Of a DNA stretch of 64,000 nt, positions 13,801-28,800 are shown in pieces. The DNA is from Botryllus schlosseri. Its lineage: Eukaryota. The notes beneath the pieces are model-generated. The model was not told the DNA's origin, did not search any database, and was given only the letters and a program-made list of their open reading frames with translations. Both the position numbers and the translations under genes were made by a program. Where the stretch lies: the NCBI GenBank assembly GCA_051294905.1, contig CM119371.1, positions 41,666,001 through 41,730,000 on the forward strand, read 5' to 3'. The number at the start of each line of letters is the position of its first letter. Within the stretch, counting starts at the first letter, position 1.

Positions 13801-16800
13801 TGATACGCATACACACGATCTGCGCATATGCATACCATGAGTGCATGATGTGCATATGCCGCTGGACAAGGAAGTGCAGATATAGCCTTTACAGCTTTCT
13901 AAGTCATGCACCACCCCTCCATGCTATCCCAGTAATGCATGAGCGCCAAGCAGGGAAGCCATGGATACCAGTGTTATTACTCAGGTCTTTGGTCTGAACC
14001 GGCCGGGGATCCAACCCACCACCTACCGATCAAGAAGCCGGGCGCTTAACCATTACGCTATCTTGACCATAATATGTAATGTAACTACTGGAATTCTGCA
14101 AAGGGCCAGATTTCGTTCAAATGAAGTTTTTTTTCTTCTCAAAATTGTCAGTTTTTGAGGCAAAAAAGTATTTTATCATGCCAAACTACTTCATAAGGAC
14201 AGACAGTTTCAACCAGAAATGAAGATAAGTAGTACAATTCCGTTATTATGTGGGAAAACACCTAGTTCGCATACGCTAGGCCAAATTTGGTCAAAGTTAT
14301 GATTTTTTTAAGGTCCAAAAATGTTAAAATTTTGATTTTTTAGGTCAAAATCTTCTGTTTTTTAGGTAAAAAAATCGCCCTAATAATCAGTTACTTCCCA
14401 GCTTGTTGATGGATACGTGGCTAGCTCATTGGTTTCCTGTCCGGGTCAGACCAAAGACTCAAACACTAGTATTCACGGCTCTGCATCCGCGTATAGTATA
14501 GACGAGATAACGTAGGGGATGCAGACGAAAATAAATCGGATATCTCCCCCCTGTTACTTGTAATTCAGTAGAATTTTAATGACGATACTTCTACTTCTAC
14601 TTCAGTTGCGATAATGGCTGGTACTTGGCAGGGTTATAATGACTCGAGTCCAACTCTTGATTTTTTAGTGACTCGACTTGACTCGAACCATTTTTTCAAG
14701 TGCGTAAAATGACTTGTCTCGAGTCAATCTGTGTACTGAACAGGTAGCATAATGACTTGAACTCGGACTTGACTCGGTGGTGAATTGAAAATGACTCCAC
14801 TTGATTCGAGTCAAAACTATAAAAGTGACTTGGTTACAACTCTGGTACTTTTTGGCATCTCTTGAAATCATTATTTCCACTTGTAATTGAATATATACGG
14901 TATTCACAAAATATTCATTCTTTAGTAGTGATGCTGACTTCTCCGCTAACATGTATTTGTTGATCAGGTGGAAGAAAAACAACCCGGAATTTGTGGCCCG
15001 CGTCGATAAATTGAGCGACAGGATCGCGAAAATCAAGGAAGGAACGGAATCGTGGAAAAATCGGACGGGAAAACAAAACGACGCCGCTCAGTTCACGATT
15101 CAGGCAAAACTGGCGAAAAGAGGTTGGATTTCACTAAGTTCTGCTAAAATATTGCTCGTTTTTCGAGTTACGATGTGAAAATCCGACTTTCAAGACAACA
15201 TGTTAAAATTGGTCTGGGAAGATGATAGATATCAAATAACGAATATTTGGGTGTAGAGAATTTTTATATACATTTGAATATATGATTATGTAGCTTTCAA
15301 ACACATCTCTAAATCTAAATCCACAATTAGCTGGATGTAGTGTTTAAATCCTATTTGAAATCACGTATTTGTTAAAAAAAGGTGGCTTAAAAGATCAGAA
15401 ATTTCAAAATTGGGATTCAACTCCAGAGGCCAAAAAGTTGGTTTCAGCTCTTTCTTCTCATGGGAAGAACGAAATGTGCCCCAAAAAGTGTCTTGAAATC
15501 TAATTCTGCAATTGATTTGCGTGTCAAAACTCCAGCCTTCAGAATTTGTTTTTAAATTTCAAATTTCTATTCGAAATTCAACTTCTTGTCCGCAGGGCCT
15601 TGTGCAGAAATGCAATTGGGAAATTTCAGACTAACGAGCTTACATTTCAGAAATTCAACCCAAATTCCAGGCTCACAAGCTCATTTCTCTGAATATGAAC
15701 CCAATTTTCAAGCTCATGAACTCAAATCTGAGAATTTCAACCCAGTTTTCTAGGCTCACAAGCTCCAATCTGAGAATTTCAACCCAATTTTTAGGTTCAC
15801 AGGCTTATTTCCCAGAATATGAACCCAATTTTCAAGCTCATGAACTCAAATCTTAGAATTTCAACCCAATTTTCAGGCTCACAAGCTTATTATAGTATGA
15901 TCCAAATTTCAGGTTTATCACAAACCCTTTTTATTTTCCAGAAGGCAAAAAGTTAGTTTCAGTTCTTCCTTCGCCTGTCGTAAAACGCCGAGTCGTCTCG
16001 TCTGAGATCGTGACTCAACAGAAAGCCGTCACCATTGACGACGCTCACAAAAACGACGACTCATCGAGCATGACTCAGCTTTCGTTCGTTGAGAAACTTT
16101 CGAAAAAAGGACTCGAAGAAAACGTGATCAAGGTGAAAAAGTGCTCCCCGTGGACACCCATATGTAGGTTTAATGATCACCATGAACATGTCTAGTTGTC
16201 TACGTGTTTGGTGTTTCACATGAGGACGGTATAGGGAATGATCCCCTTGATCACCCGTATTTATTGATAGAAGCACACTTATACAGTTATATTTTTTATT
16301 CCAGACGCAGGAAGTTTTAACGATAGAGGTTCCAATGATAGACCAGCAAGAATTTGACAAATTTTTCACGCAGCCCTCTCCGCATCAGCACAACCACACG
16401 AACCACTTGTCCGAAGACATTGAAAATTTCCCCTCGCAAGAGGTGAGCTCATTTATTAATTCCGCAAAGTTTTTGCGCCTAAACAATTAGTTTTGAGAAG
16501 TAGAATTGGTCGGAAGCGGCTTTCCTGTTGTTTATGTGGGCGAATGTCGTTTGTTTTCAGAATTTCTGTCGTCTCTCAGACCTGGGACGTCTGAAATCTT
16601 CCGTGAAAATGCGAACGAAACGAAAACCTTCTCAGAGAAATCCGTTGAAAGCTCTTGCCGCGAGAACTGACATCAAGGTGACATTTGGATGGACTGTTAC
16701 AAAACGAGACAACCAAGACTTATAAATTACATTACAATTAAAATTGTAGCTACAAAGCTTTTCAAAATCGGACCACAATTAGAACGATAGCCACACAGTT

Positions 16801-19800
16801 TTTTTGCCAGATTACATGAGAATTAGTACAATTTGAGCTATACAGTTTTTACCAAATTAGATTAGAATTGGAATTATGGGTATAAAAGTTCTTTGCCAAA
16901 GTAGACTAGAATTGAAATTATGGCTTTTAATTTCTTTTTTTAAATTAGATCAAAATTAAAATCATTGCTACATTTTTTTTCAAATTAGATCAGAATTAGA
17001 ATTATGGCTACAAAGTTTTTTTTCAAAATAAATTATAATTGCAATTATGGCTAGAAAGTTATCTAGTAGCTATCTTTATAATTCTATTAAAATTTTGAAA
17101 AAACTCTATAGAGCTAGCATTTTAATTCTAATGCCAATCCAATTTGTAAATTAAAACTAGCTATAACTCTAATTATAATATAGAGCTATCATTATGATTC
17201 TAATCTAATTTGGAGAAAAGGTGTGAGATATCTTTCTGATTCTAATGTTTTTTCAATAATAATTCTAATGTAATTGGTTATTCTAATTATGATTGTAAAA
17301 TAACTTTGAAAAAACTACAGAGCTATCATTCTAATTCTAAAGCAATTTAAATGAAAGCTGTGTAGCTTCAATTCTAATTCCAATATAATTTGCAAAAGGG
17401 GCGTGTAGCTATCATTCTAATTCTAATGTAATTTAAAAAAGATTTGTAGCTTCTATTCTAATTCCAATCTAATTTGGAAAAAGGCGTGTAGCTATCATTC
17501 TAATTCTAATGTAATTTAAAAAAGATTTGTAGCTTCTATTCTAATTCCAATCTAATTTGGAAAAAGGCGTGTAGCTATCATTCTAATTCTAATGTAATTT
17601 AAAAAAGATTTGTAGCTTCTATTCTAATTCCAATCTAATTTGGAAAAAAGAGTGTAGCTATCGTTCCAATTCTAATGTAATTTAAAAAAGATTTGTAGCT
17701 TCTATTCCAATTCCAATCTAATTTGGAAAAAGGCGTGTAGCTATCATTCTAATTCTAATGTAATTTAAAAAAGATTTGTAGCTTCTATTCTAATTCCAAT
17801 CTAATTTGGAAAAAGGCGTGTAGCTATCATTCTAATTCTAATGTAATTTAAAAAAGATTTGTAGCTTCTATTCTAATTCCAATCTAATTTGGAAAAAGGC
17901 GTGTAGCTATCATTCTAATTCTAATGTAATTTAAAAAAGATTTGTAGCTTCTATTCTAATTCCAATCTAATTTGGAAAAAAGAGTGTAGCTATCGTTCCA
18001 ATTCTAATGTAATTTAAAAAAGATTTGTAGCTTCAATTCTAATTCCAATCTAATTTTGAAAAAGGCGTAGCTATCATTCTAATTCTAATGTAATCAAAAA
18101 AAGCTTCGTGGCTTCAATTCTAATTCCAATCTGATTTGGAAAAAAGAGTGCACCTATCATTCTAATTCTAATGTATTTAAAGAAAAGCTGTGTAGTAGGG
18201 CTGTTCAAAAATAACCTTTTTTCCTGAATCTTGCTGGTTACGTGATTAAATCGTTGGGTTGCCTTAAAAACGACGCACACCAAATTTGAATTCATTCCAA
18301 CCAATATTCGCGGCATCGCGGGTTTCGTACAGTTTGAAAATTTTGAATTTGCCCAAAAATGCAAAAAAAAAATTTTATTTAAATTTTCTTCCGACCCCAT
18401 GAAATTGTTGCGCTGTCTTCAAAAACGATGCAAAACAAATTTGACTGATTTCCAAGTCGTAAAAGTGGAGTGATTTCCGTTTTTCTTTGATAATTCTGGG
18501 ATTATCCTTGATCGGTGGATCATCCCAGAATTATCATCGAAAAACTTGAATAACTCCGCTTCTACAGCTTGGAATTGAGTCAAATTTGTTTTGCATCGTT
18601 TTTCAATGCCACCTAACAATTTAATCACGTAGCCAGCAAGATTCAGGAAAAAAGGTTATTTTTGAACAGCCCTACTGTGTAGCTATCATTTTAATTCCAA
18701 TCTAATTCGGAAAAATAACGTGTAGTCGTGTAGCTATCACTCTTTTTCTAGTCTGATTTGGGAAAAAGTGTGGGGCATTGTTCTATGCTGATCTGATTTG
18801 AGTAAATGTGCGTAGCTACCATTACAATTCTAGTCTAATTAGGAAATAAAACTGAAGGTACAACTTAATTCTGATTACAATCTGACTTGAAAATAAAACA
18901 GTCGTTATAATAGTAATCTACTATGGAAAAAAGTGTGTAGCTGCAATTCTCATTCAAGTCTAATTTTGAATTCTATCTTTCAACTTAATTTGGCGTAGCT
19001 ATCGTTGTGATTTCAATGTAATCTTGAAAAAGGTGTGTAGTTGGGCTCTTCAAAAATGACTTTTTTTCTCAAATCGCACTGGCTACTTGTTAAAATTGTT
19101 AGGTTACCTAATTCAAGCCTACGCACAAAATTTGGTTCAATTCCAACCAGTAGCCGCATTGCTACAGGAGAAGAAAGTTTGCATTTATTACATAAAAAAT
19201 AAATAACAGAAAATTTGAAAATTTTCTGTTCACCCCATGAAAGTGTTAGGCTGTCTATAGAAACGATGTCCACCAAATTTGGTTCAATTCCAACCAGTGT
19301 AAGCGGAGTTATTGCCGTCAAAAAATTTGGATTAAAATAAAATAGTATTTACGGTGGGCACCACTATAATTAATAATTAAAGAATTGGTCACCGTAAATA
19401 CTATTTTATTCATAATCCAAATTTGGTGTGTAGCTATCCGTATAATCGTAATGTGGAGAATCATTCCTGTAACGACGGTTGTGTTCTTCCAGCAATCATA
19501 CGATACAGAACGATCCAACGTTGTGAAATTGGAGCAGCAGAGAATCGCGTCTCAACGAGGCTACGGGGCCAATTTCACTTCCGCGGCTTTGGCTGGACTC
19601 GCGGCAAAAGCTGATCTCAAAAAGGTTTGTAATACTTGAAACTTCATTCGTAACTGCTATCATATATAGAAGTATCTACCTAAATAAGTGGTCGAGAACC
19701 TATGGCTGGTGAGCCATATGTGGTATTTTTGGGTATAAAATGTGGCTCTTTGCCAAATATTTATTTTATTATCACTGAATTGATCAATATTTTGGCAACT

Positions 19801-22800
19801 TGTTCTTAAATTTTCATCACAAACAGAATCATTATTCTCGTGGCCGTACAATCATGTCTTTGAGAGGTAAAGACAATGCCGTCTTCAGGTTTAGGACCTG
19901 GTATTATGACTTGAGTCCGAGTCCAAGTCATTGTGTTGACTGCCCAGTTTCCAGTTAATGTCTTGTTAACCCACTTTTTATAACTCCGTTTAGTGATATC
20001 GAATGGTTCTCATTGATAACATGCTAATTTTCCTCACTTTTAGCAGATTCTGGTCACATTTTCAAGTACCAGTATCAATAGTAAATCCCAAATAGTTCGG
20101 GTCATTACAATCGGTGTTGTTTGGGTATTTAGAGAAAATGACTCGATTGCAAGTCAAGGCATTATGCAGATTGACTCGAGACGAGTCATTTGTGTATTTT
20201 GGAAAATGAGTCAAATCCAAGTCGAGTCAATCTGTGTATTTTAAGAAAATGACTCGAGTCCAAGTTGAGTCATTGAACAGATTGGCTCGAGTCGAGTCAT
20301 TTGCGTAGTTTGGAAAATGCAAGTCGATCTAATTTGTGTAATTTGCATATTTCAAGAAAATGACTCGACTTCAAGTCAAGTCGTTACACAGATTGACTCG
20401 AGTCGAGTCATTTGCATATGTTGGAAAATGGGTCAAGTCCAAGTCGAGTCAGTACACAGATTGACTCAATTCAAGTATTTTGAGAAAATGACTCAATTCA
20501 AGTCATCAGAACATCGTTACTTGAGTCGAGTCAATACAACCCACATTTCCAGAGTGCTCGTTTCCAGGTGAGTCTCCGTAGCACGAAGCAAACTCCGATG
20601 TTGTCCAACGACGACCTGAAGCCGTTCCACGACGTGATGCTGATCCGGGCCAAAGGTCGACGTAAAGTGCAAACCAGGATCGTGGAACCTCGCGCTTCTT
20701 CTTTGTGCAGCGACGACGCTTTTTTGCTCGTCACTCCCAACAAACTTTTCGGGTGGTTCGGAGAATATTGTAATGTCATCGAAAGGGCAAAAATCAATGT
20801 GAGTCGTTTGATACTGCTAAAATTTTCTAAAATCTTCGAGTATTAACTAAAATTTCAAAATAAAGAAGCATGAATAACGCAGTCAATTGGTACGCTGGTA
20901 TTTTTTCTGTCCCACTGAAAAGTGAAGTAAAGCCTCTAGGCTTTTTCTAAAATAGTTTTTTTTTCTGGACTCCAGCGATTCACTGATTAAATTGTCAAGT
21001 TACCCTAAAACTCTGCACACCAAATTTGGTTCGATTCTAACCAGGGCTAATTGGAATCTTAATTTATCATGAAAAATTATAAAAAAAATTTCAATTTATT
21101 CTGTGAATACCATGGAATTTCCGAGTTATCTTCAAGAACAATGCAAAACAAATTTGACTCAATTCCAATAAATTGAAGCGAAGTTATTCAAGTTTTTCAT
21201 TGATAATTCTGGGATTCCCCACCATCAACCCCATTTTTGCAAATCCAGAACCTTCAACTGCAATAACTCTGCTTATACCGGTTAAAATCGAGTCAAATTT
21301 GTGTTTGGCAGATATTAGGCTTTCGGGGAATAGAGATTAGGGTTGTATATGGGTTTGGGTCAAAGTTGAGGACCGGCTATTCCCGGATTAGGGTTGGGGT
21401 GAGGGACAGGGACACGATATCCACCCCCTGATATCCCAATTCCCCCAACCCCAATATTCCACCATCTCCGAAACATAATATCCCCTACCCTAATCTTGGG
21501 ATGTCCCAACCCACATCCAACCCTAACATCCCTCTCTCCAAAAGCAAGAAACAATTTATTTTGACGTTCATAAATTCAATTGTGTTCATGAAAAACATTT
21601 GTTGGTGTCACGGGAAACACTGTTTCGATCTGGGGCATAGATCGAAGAAGCGCCAAAATTTCATGGTGTTCACAGAAAAATTTTTGGACATTTTCCGTGA
21701 TAAATAAAAAATTCAAATTGGCTCTGCGGCGGCCTATATTGATCAGTATTGAACCAAATTGGCTGTGCAGCGTTTTTTAGGGAAACCTCTAGTGATATCA
21801 AAAACTAGCATAATAAAAGAGGAAAAAAACTGAAATAACTTTAAATTTCTTCTCAACTACAGTTGTAAATATTAAAAAGTACTTAAAATAGAATAAGAAA
21901 TAACTTTAATTACTTCTCAACTACGATTACAAGTTGTATTATCATAACCTTATGGAGATAGAACCAAAAATAACTATCAATTTCTTCCAAACTACAATTA
22001 CAAGTTGTATTATCATAACCTAATTAAAATAGAATCAGAAATAACTTTCCATTTCTTCTCAACTACAATTACAAGTTGTATTATCATAAACTAATTAAAA
22101 TAGCAGGAATAACTTTGAATTTAAACTCAACTACTGGCAGTGATATCAAAATCTAATTAAATTAGAAGCAGAAATAAATTTCAACCTAAACTCAACTACT
22201 GATAGTGATATCAAAATATAATTAAATTAGGTGCAGAGATAGCTTTCAATTTAAACTCAACTACTGGTAGTGATATCAAAATCTAATTAAATTAGAAGCA
22301 GAAATAAATTTCAACCTAAACTCAACTACTGGTAGTGATATCAAAATATAATTAAATTAGGTGCAGAGATAGCTTTCAATTTAAACTCAACTACTGGTAG
22401 TGATATCAAAATCTAATTAAATTAGAAGCAGAAATAACTTTCAACCTAAACTCAACTACTGGTAGTGATATCAAAATATAATTAAATTAGGTGCAGAGAT
22501 AGCTTTCAATTTAAACTCAACTACTGGTAGTGATATCAAAATCTAATTAAATTAGAAGCAGAAATAACTTTCAACCTAAACTCAACTACTGGTAGTGATA
22601 TCAAAATATAATTAAATTAGAAGCAGAAATAACTTTGAATTTAAACTCAACTACTGGTAGTGATATCAAAAGCTAATTAAAATAGAAGCGGAAATAACTT
22701 TGAATTTAAACTCAACTACTGGTAGTGATATCAAAATATAATTAAATTAGGTGCAGAGATAGCTTTCAATTTAAACTCAACTACTGGTAGTGATATCAAA

Positions 22801-25800
22801 ATCTAATTAAATTAGAAGCAGAAATAAATTTCAACCTAAACTCAACTACTGGTAGTGATATCAAAATATAATTAAAATAGAAGCGGAAATAACTTTCCAT
22901 TTCTTCTCAACTACAAGTAGTGATATCAAAATCTAATCAAATTAGACGCAGAAATAACTTTGAATTTAAACTCAACTACTGGTGGTGATATCAAAAACTA
23001 ATTAAAACTACTTCAATTAGAAACTCCGTCAGCTCCACTCAATTATGAGTAGTGATAGCCATTTTCAAGACAAGTAGTTCAAGTAATATTAAAACTACCG
23101 TGACATCATTAACATTGCTCCTTGCACTGTTAGTAAACATTACTAAAACTAAAACTAAATCCATAGCGTAAATTATTTTGCCTGCAAGATACCGTCGACC
23201 AACCTTACTAGTCAGTAGTCAGCTGTCTGTGGGCTACTTGTTATTTAAAAATTCGACCTATTTTCAAATTTCGCTTCCGCCTACTTGAGTAGGCTACTTG
23301 CTGACGATCTTTGCAAATGACTTGTCCAGGAAATCGCCGACTACATCGTGATCAAAGGAGATTTGGGCTGCAAAGTATCTTCTCTGAAATCGATCGAGGA
23401 GAATTCCAGTCCCACTCTGCATTCGGACTTCTGGGACATTCTCGGAGGACAGTAAGTATCGACTTATTCTGCCCTGTCTAGACAACTACCTCATTCTGGA
23501 AGTCTAATTAGACTAATTGAAGTGAAATGCCAGTAGAATCACCTATGATTTGAACTAAACTGATTGAATTGAATTACCAAATTTACACGATTTCAGTAAA
23601 CTAATTCTGATCTAATTTTGATAAGCTGTTTTGATATCATTCTAATTCTTGTGTAATTTAAAAAAAAAAATTCTTCTATTAGTAATCTAATTAGAAATTG
23701 AATTAAATATCCATGTTTTCGCGAATTTATTATTTTAATTCAAATCTAATTTAAAAAAACGGTCTTGCTGTTATTCTAATTTATTATTACTCGGATAATC
23801 TGCGCACCTATTATTCTAATTGTAATCTATCTAGAAATTAAATTAAATATCCATGTTTTAGCGAATTCAGTATTTTAATTCTAATCTAATTTAAAAAAAA
23901 ACTTGTGTCAGTCTCATTTTAATATTACTCGGATAATCTGTGTACCGATTATTATAATTGTAATCTAACTAGGAATTGATGGCAATTACCAAGTTTTCGC
24001 CACTGCATTAATTATAATTCAAATCTAATTTGACCAAGCTGTGTGGCTATTGTTCTAATTCTAATGGGAATTTGGAAAACTGTGACCTATTACCAATTTT
24101 AATCTAACTATAAAATTGAAGTCAGATTCCATTACCGTAGCTCTAGTTCTGATGTAATAATGAAAATCGGTGTAGGTATCATTTTAATTCTAGTGTAATT
24201 TGGAAAAACTGCGTTCATATCATTTTATATGTAGGCTAATTTAATTCAGGAATGAGTTCAATTTCGGAATTTTTCGTGAATATCATTAATTCCAGTTTTA
24301 ATCTGATTTGGAAAAGCTCTGTATCTATCATTCTGATTATAATGTAATTTGGAAAAACTGCATACTTTAATTTTAAATGTAGTCAACTAGAAATTGAACA
24401 GATGTCCAATTTTTTAACATTCAATAATTGTAATTTATAAAAGCAGTGTAGCTATAATTCTAATGTAATGTGGTAAAACTACATACCTATAATTTTCATC
24501 AACCAAATTTTCATTCTGCTGGACAGCTTGAGCATACGACCCCTCGACCGTATTTACATTTCGAAACTTCTCCCATACTATTCAGACCTTCATTTTTCAA
24601 TTCTACTTGAAGTAGTTTTGGCGTGTCTTGGGAATCATTATTGGTTCTTTGGGTGGAAACTAATGACATTACTTGTTCTCGAGTATGGGAACCCTCGATC
24701 AAATCGATTTCTTAATGAGAATCCGCGAAATTCAATGTCATAATTCTACTTCATTACCGAAATTATTAGTTTATAAGTTTATAATTCTTTCAATTTATAT
24801 TCAATTATTTTTTTTATAATGATTTCAAATAATGCCATTAATTTTTGTTGCAGTGGAGATTGGGACCGAAATCCATCGCCTGGCAGTGACGAAAATTACG
24901 AGGTCGACGTCGAAACTACAATCAAAACCTACAAAATGACGGTATTGCAACTAACGACATGTTGATTACAATTAGATGAGAATTAGAATAATAGTTACTG
25001 TAGTTTTTCTTCCAATTTTAATTAGAATTATAGCCACACAGATTTTCGAAATTGGGATACTACTAGAGTCATAGTTACATTTTTTTTTTGAAATTTAGAT
25101 GAGGATTATTGTCACGGTTGTAACCAAGTCACCAGGCTCCGAGTCACAAGTCAATCTTACTTTTATAGTTTTGACTCGAGTCCAAGTCAGCGAGCAGAGG
25201 GTCGAGTCCGAGTCATGGCATTATGACTCAAGTCCGAGTCCAAGTCATTGTGTTGACTGCTCATTTTCCAGTTAAAGTCTTGGTAAACTCACTTTTTATA
25301 ACTCCGTTTGGTGATATCGAATGTTTCGCAATTATAATTCGCAATTATAATAATTATAATTAGTGACCAATTTTCCTCACTTTTAGCAGTTTCGGGTTGC
25401 ATATTCGAGTACCAGTGCCCACAGACGAAATCCTTATACTGTGTTGGCTTCGGAATTACAATGAAATGTCGGTCTTGGTCGTCTGAGTCTCGAGTCATAT
25501 GACTTGGTTCGAGTCATGCGCAATGACCTGAGTCCAAGTCGAGTCAATACACAGATTGACTCGAGTCGAGTCATTTCCGTATTTTGAAAAAATGACTCGA
25601 GTCAAGTCGAGTCATCAGAAAATCGTGACTCGAGTCGAGTCATGACTCGAGTCATTACAACCCTGATTATTGTTATAGTTATTTTTTTTTCAAGTCAAAT
25701 TAGAATGATAGCTACACAGTTTTTTCGAAATTTGACCCAAATTAGTATCATAGTTAATTTATTTCCAAATTAGATTAGAATTATAGCTGCAGTCTTTTCG

Positions 25801-28800
25801 AAATTAAACTATAATTAGTATCATAAATATTTTTTTTGAATGATATTAGAATTATATCTACATTTTTTTTTCGAAATTAGACTACAATTAGTTTTATAGT
25901 CAGTTTTTTCCAAATCAAATTAGAATTACAGCTGCCGTCTTTTCGAAATTGGACTAGAATTGGAATCGTAGCTGCATAAGGTTTTTGAAATTAGATTAAA
26001 TTAGCCACTTAAAATGAGAACATAGAATCATTTCACAAATTAGATCAGGGACATATCGATTCAATTAGAATAACTCGTCAACTAGAATGCTAGCCTGACA
26101 ATAACTTTATCTACGACAACTAATTTCAGGGCTCTAAGTTGGTTCCTCACCCCGAAGCTTGGGGCAGACTGCCCAAAATGTCGATGCTCCAACCACCAGA
26201 CACGTTCGTCTTTGATTTTGGAGCGGAAATGTACATCTGGCAGGTAAAATGGGCCTTTCTATAGCCTTAGAATCGCATATTACAAACCACTATTCTAATT
26301 CGTTTACATTGCTTTGTCAGTAGTTCTAGTTCTAATTTTTTAAAAGTGACTAGTTCCAGTTCCAGTTCTGAGGGTTGGAAGGTGAGTAATTTTAGTTGTA
26401 ATTGCGGATTTTGAACAGCAAGTAGTTCTAATGCAAGTTCTGAGGTATGAAAATCGGTTAGTTCTATTACTAGTTGAGCATTTTAAAAAGTGAGTAGTTC
26501 TAGTACTAGTTGGGTATTTTAAAAAGTCAGTTGATCTAATTGTAGTTCTGAGGTTAAAAGATGAGTAGTTCTAGTTCTAATTGCGGTGCTAGTTTTGAAA
26601 ACAGACTAGTTCTAGTTGTAGTTGGTAATTTTTAAAATTGAGTTGCCCAAATTGTCGTGAATTTTGTGAAGTGAATAGTTGTGGTTCTAGGTGCAGAGTA
26701 CTTCTAATTATACAGGTTCCTTGCGGTACAGAATTTGAATATTGCAACGAACAACACATTCATATTCGCATTTATTTACACCAAGCTTTTCGACTGATAC
26801 TCATCGGGAGCGGCCGTCAGTAAATACGGAGATTTCAATTTGAAATATAAAGTGGAAATAAGTAGTGTGACATAAGAATGGTATAGCAACGACGAGAGCA
26901 TTAAGCAAAAATGCAATTAGCACAAAACAAATCGACTATAATATACAGCCAGAGACGAAACACTCATGAAATACAAGGAGGAAAAGAGTCGGGCCTTTTG
27001 CCGACAAAGAATCGGTTGCTAACGTTTTATTATAGTCGATTCGAGAACCTTAACATGAAACAGAGTACGTCCACGAGCAAGAATCGAAAATCTGCTATCG
27101 TTATACGATTTTGCACATTCAGGATGCGTAAGAAGGTGGCAGAGTGGCATGCCACGGTCTGGTCATAGACTTGCAAGAAAGGGTTACCTGTCTGCGATTG
27201 GGTGTCTGATATGGCATTGACGTAACTTGTAGCTTGTATTTTGAAAATGTTCAGAACTAGAATTACTTCCTTGTCGAAACTTGTCTTCTATTTTGTCCAC
27301 GTGTTAACATGCAAAGATTGGTTTTTGTTTGTAAATTCCGATAGTCTCTCGTTACCAGGGAAAAGAAGTTTCGTTTGCTGACCGTAGGCTGGCGATCCGA
27401 CTTGCTCGAGTACTGTGGGAGGAGGAGTACGATTTCACGGAGCAGGGAGTCTGCCCTTTTCACGGCAAAGACTTGAAAGGGAAAAGGCCCGCGTTCGGGT
27501 TATTCGCGAGGTTCGTTTTAACGAAAACCACGAAATAAAACAACCAACAGAGATTTGAAAATGATTTGTGGGTTGTACTTGCAACACGTATTTGAAATGA
27601 CTACTTTGGTTTGAGTAGAACTTGACAAGGTGCTTCCACTTGTGAAGCTATAGCAATATTTCAATTCTAGAATACCTAATTTTATACTTGGAAAACACCA
27701 AGTAGACATTCGCAATGCTACTTCCACTTGAGTAGCTGCAGTGGAATATAATGTAAGAAAACTTTGTAGAATGAAACCAAATGAATAGTGGTGTTTATCC
27801 CAATTCTAGTAGGCCACATTAACTTGGTGTGTGTGCGGTGTGTGCAGTGAACCTGTGTCCAAGTCAAGTCCAAGTCAACCAAGTCATATGACTCGAGACT
27901 CTGACGACCAAGACCGCCATTTCATTGTAATATAAAAAAATAGTAAAACAACCGCACTGTGCCCAAGTGGTACTTGGAAATGCGACCGGAAATCGAAAAA
28001 AATGACTACACGCGAATATTACCATGCGATATCACGAACAAAGTGGTTCAACTCGTTCAACAGTTATCACTAGGGCAAGTTTTTGCAGCTTTTGCAACTT
28101 TTTTTTACAGCTCCCGGCAGATTCCTAAATACTCGTAAGAAATGCAGAATGCTGATTTAAGCTGTTTGAAGGAATCTTATAGTGCAACTTCTTGCTACTT
28201 TTGTCCATTTTTTTTCCATGCAACTTTTTGCAACTTTTTCGATTTTACATGAAAGTATTTTCGATTTTGGTGAAATACACGCTTTTACGGGTATTTTGGG
28301 AGCTGAGCCAGAAAACCGACCTTTTTTTTAGTCAATCTGGGAAGTTGACCTTTTTTTTAGTCAACCGAGCAAAATGTGGTTTTTCAGTGCAAGTTTTGTG
28401 AAAAAATAAATGCAACTTTTTACGGCAACTTTTGTCAAAAATAACTGCAACAAAAACTTGCACAGAAAATTACACCACCCAAATCGAAAGGCATCTGTTA
28501 AATCCGACATGTGACAACATGAACATTGAACAATGATGGAACAATGCAACACCCATCATAACAATATTTATTCAACTCGAAAACGGCTCCGTGTTTAGTG
28601 ACGTATGACAGGATGCCGTGATGTCACAGTGGCAGACGGCTGGGTCCGCATGTGACGTCACAGTTGCTATTTCACGGCCTTTCGCTAATCTTCATCTCCG
28701 AGCAGCAAAGGAGGAAGAAGCCCTCGTTGTACCGGTCATCCCAGAAGAGTCCGTTGACGTCTGTTTTGTTGAAGTTTCCGTTCAGGCTGAAGCTGTTGCA

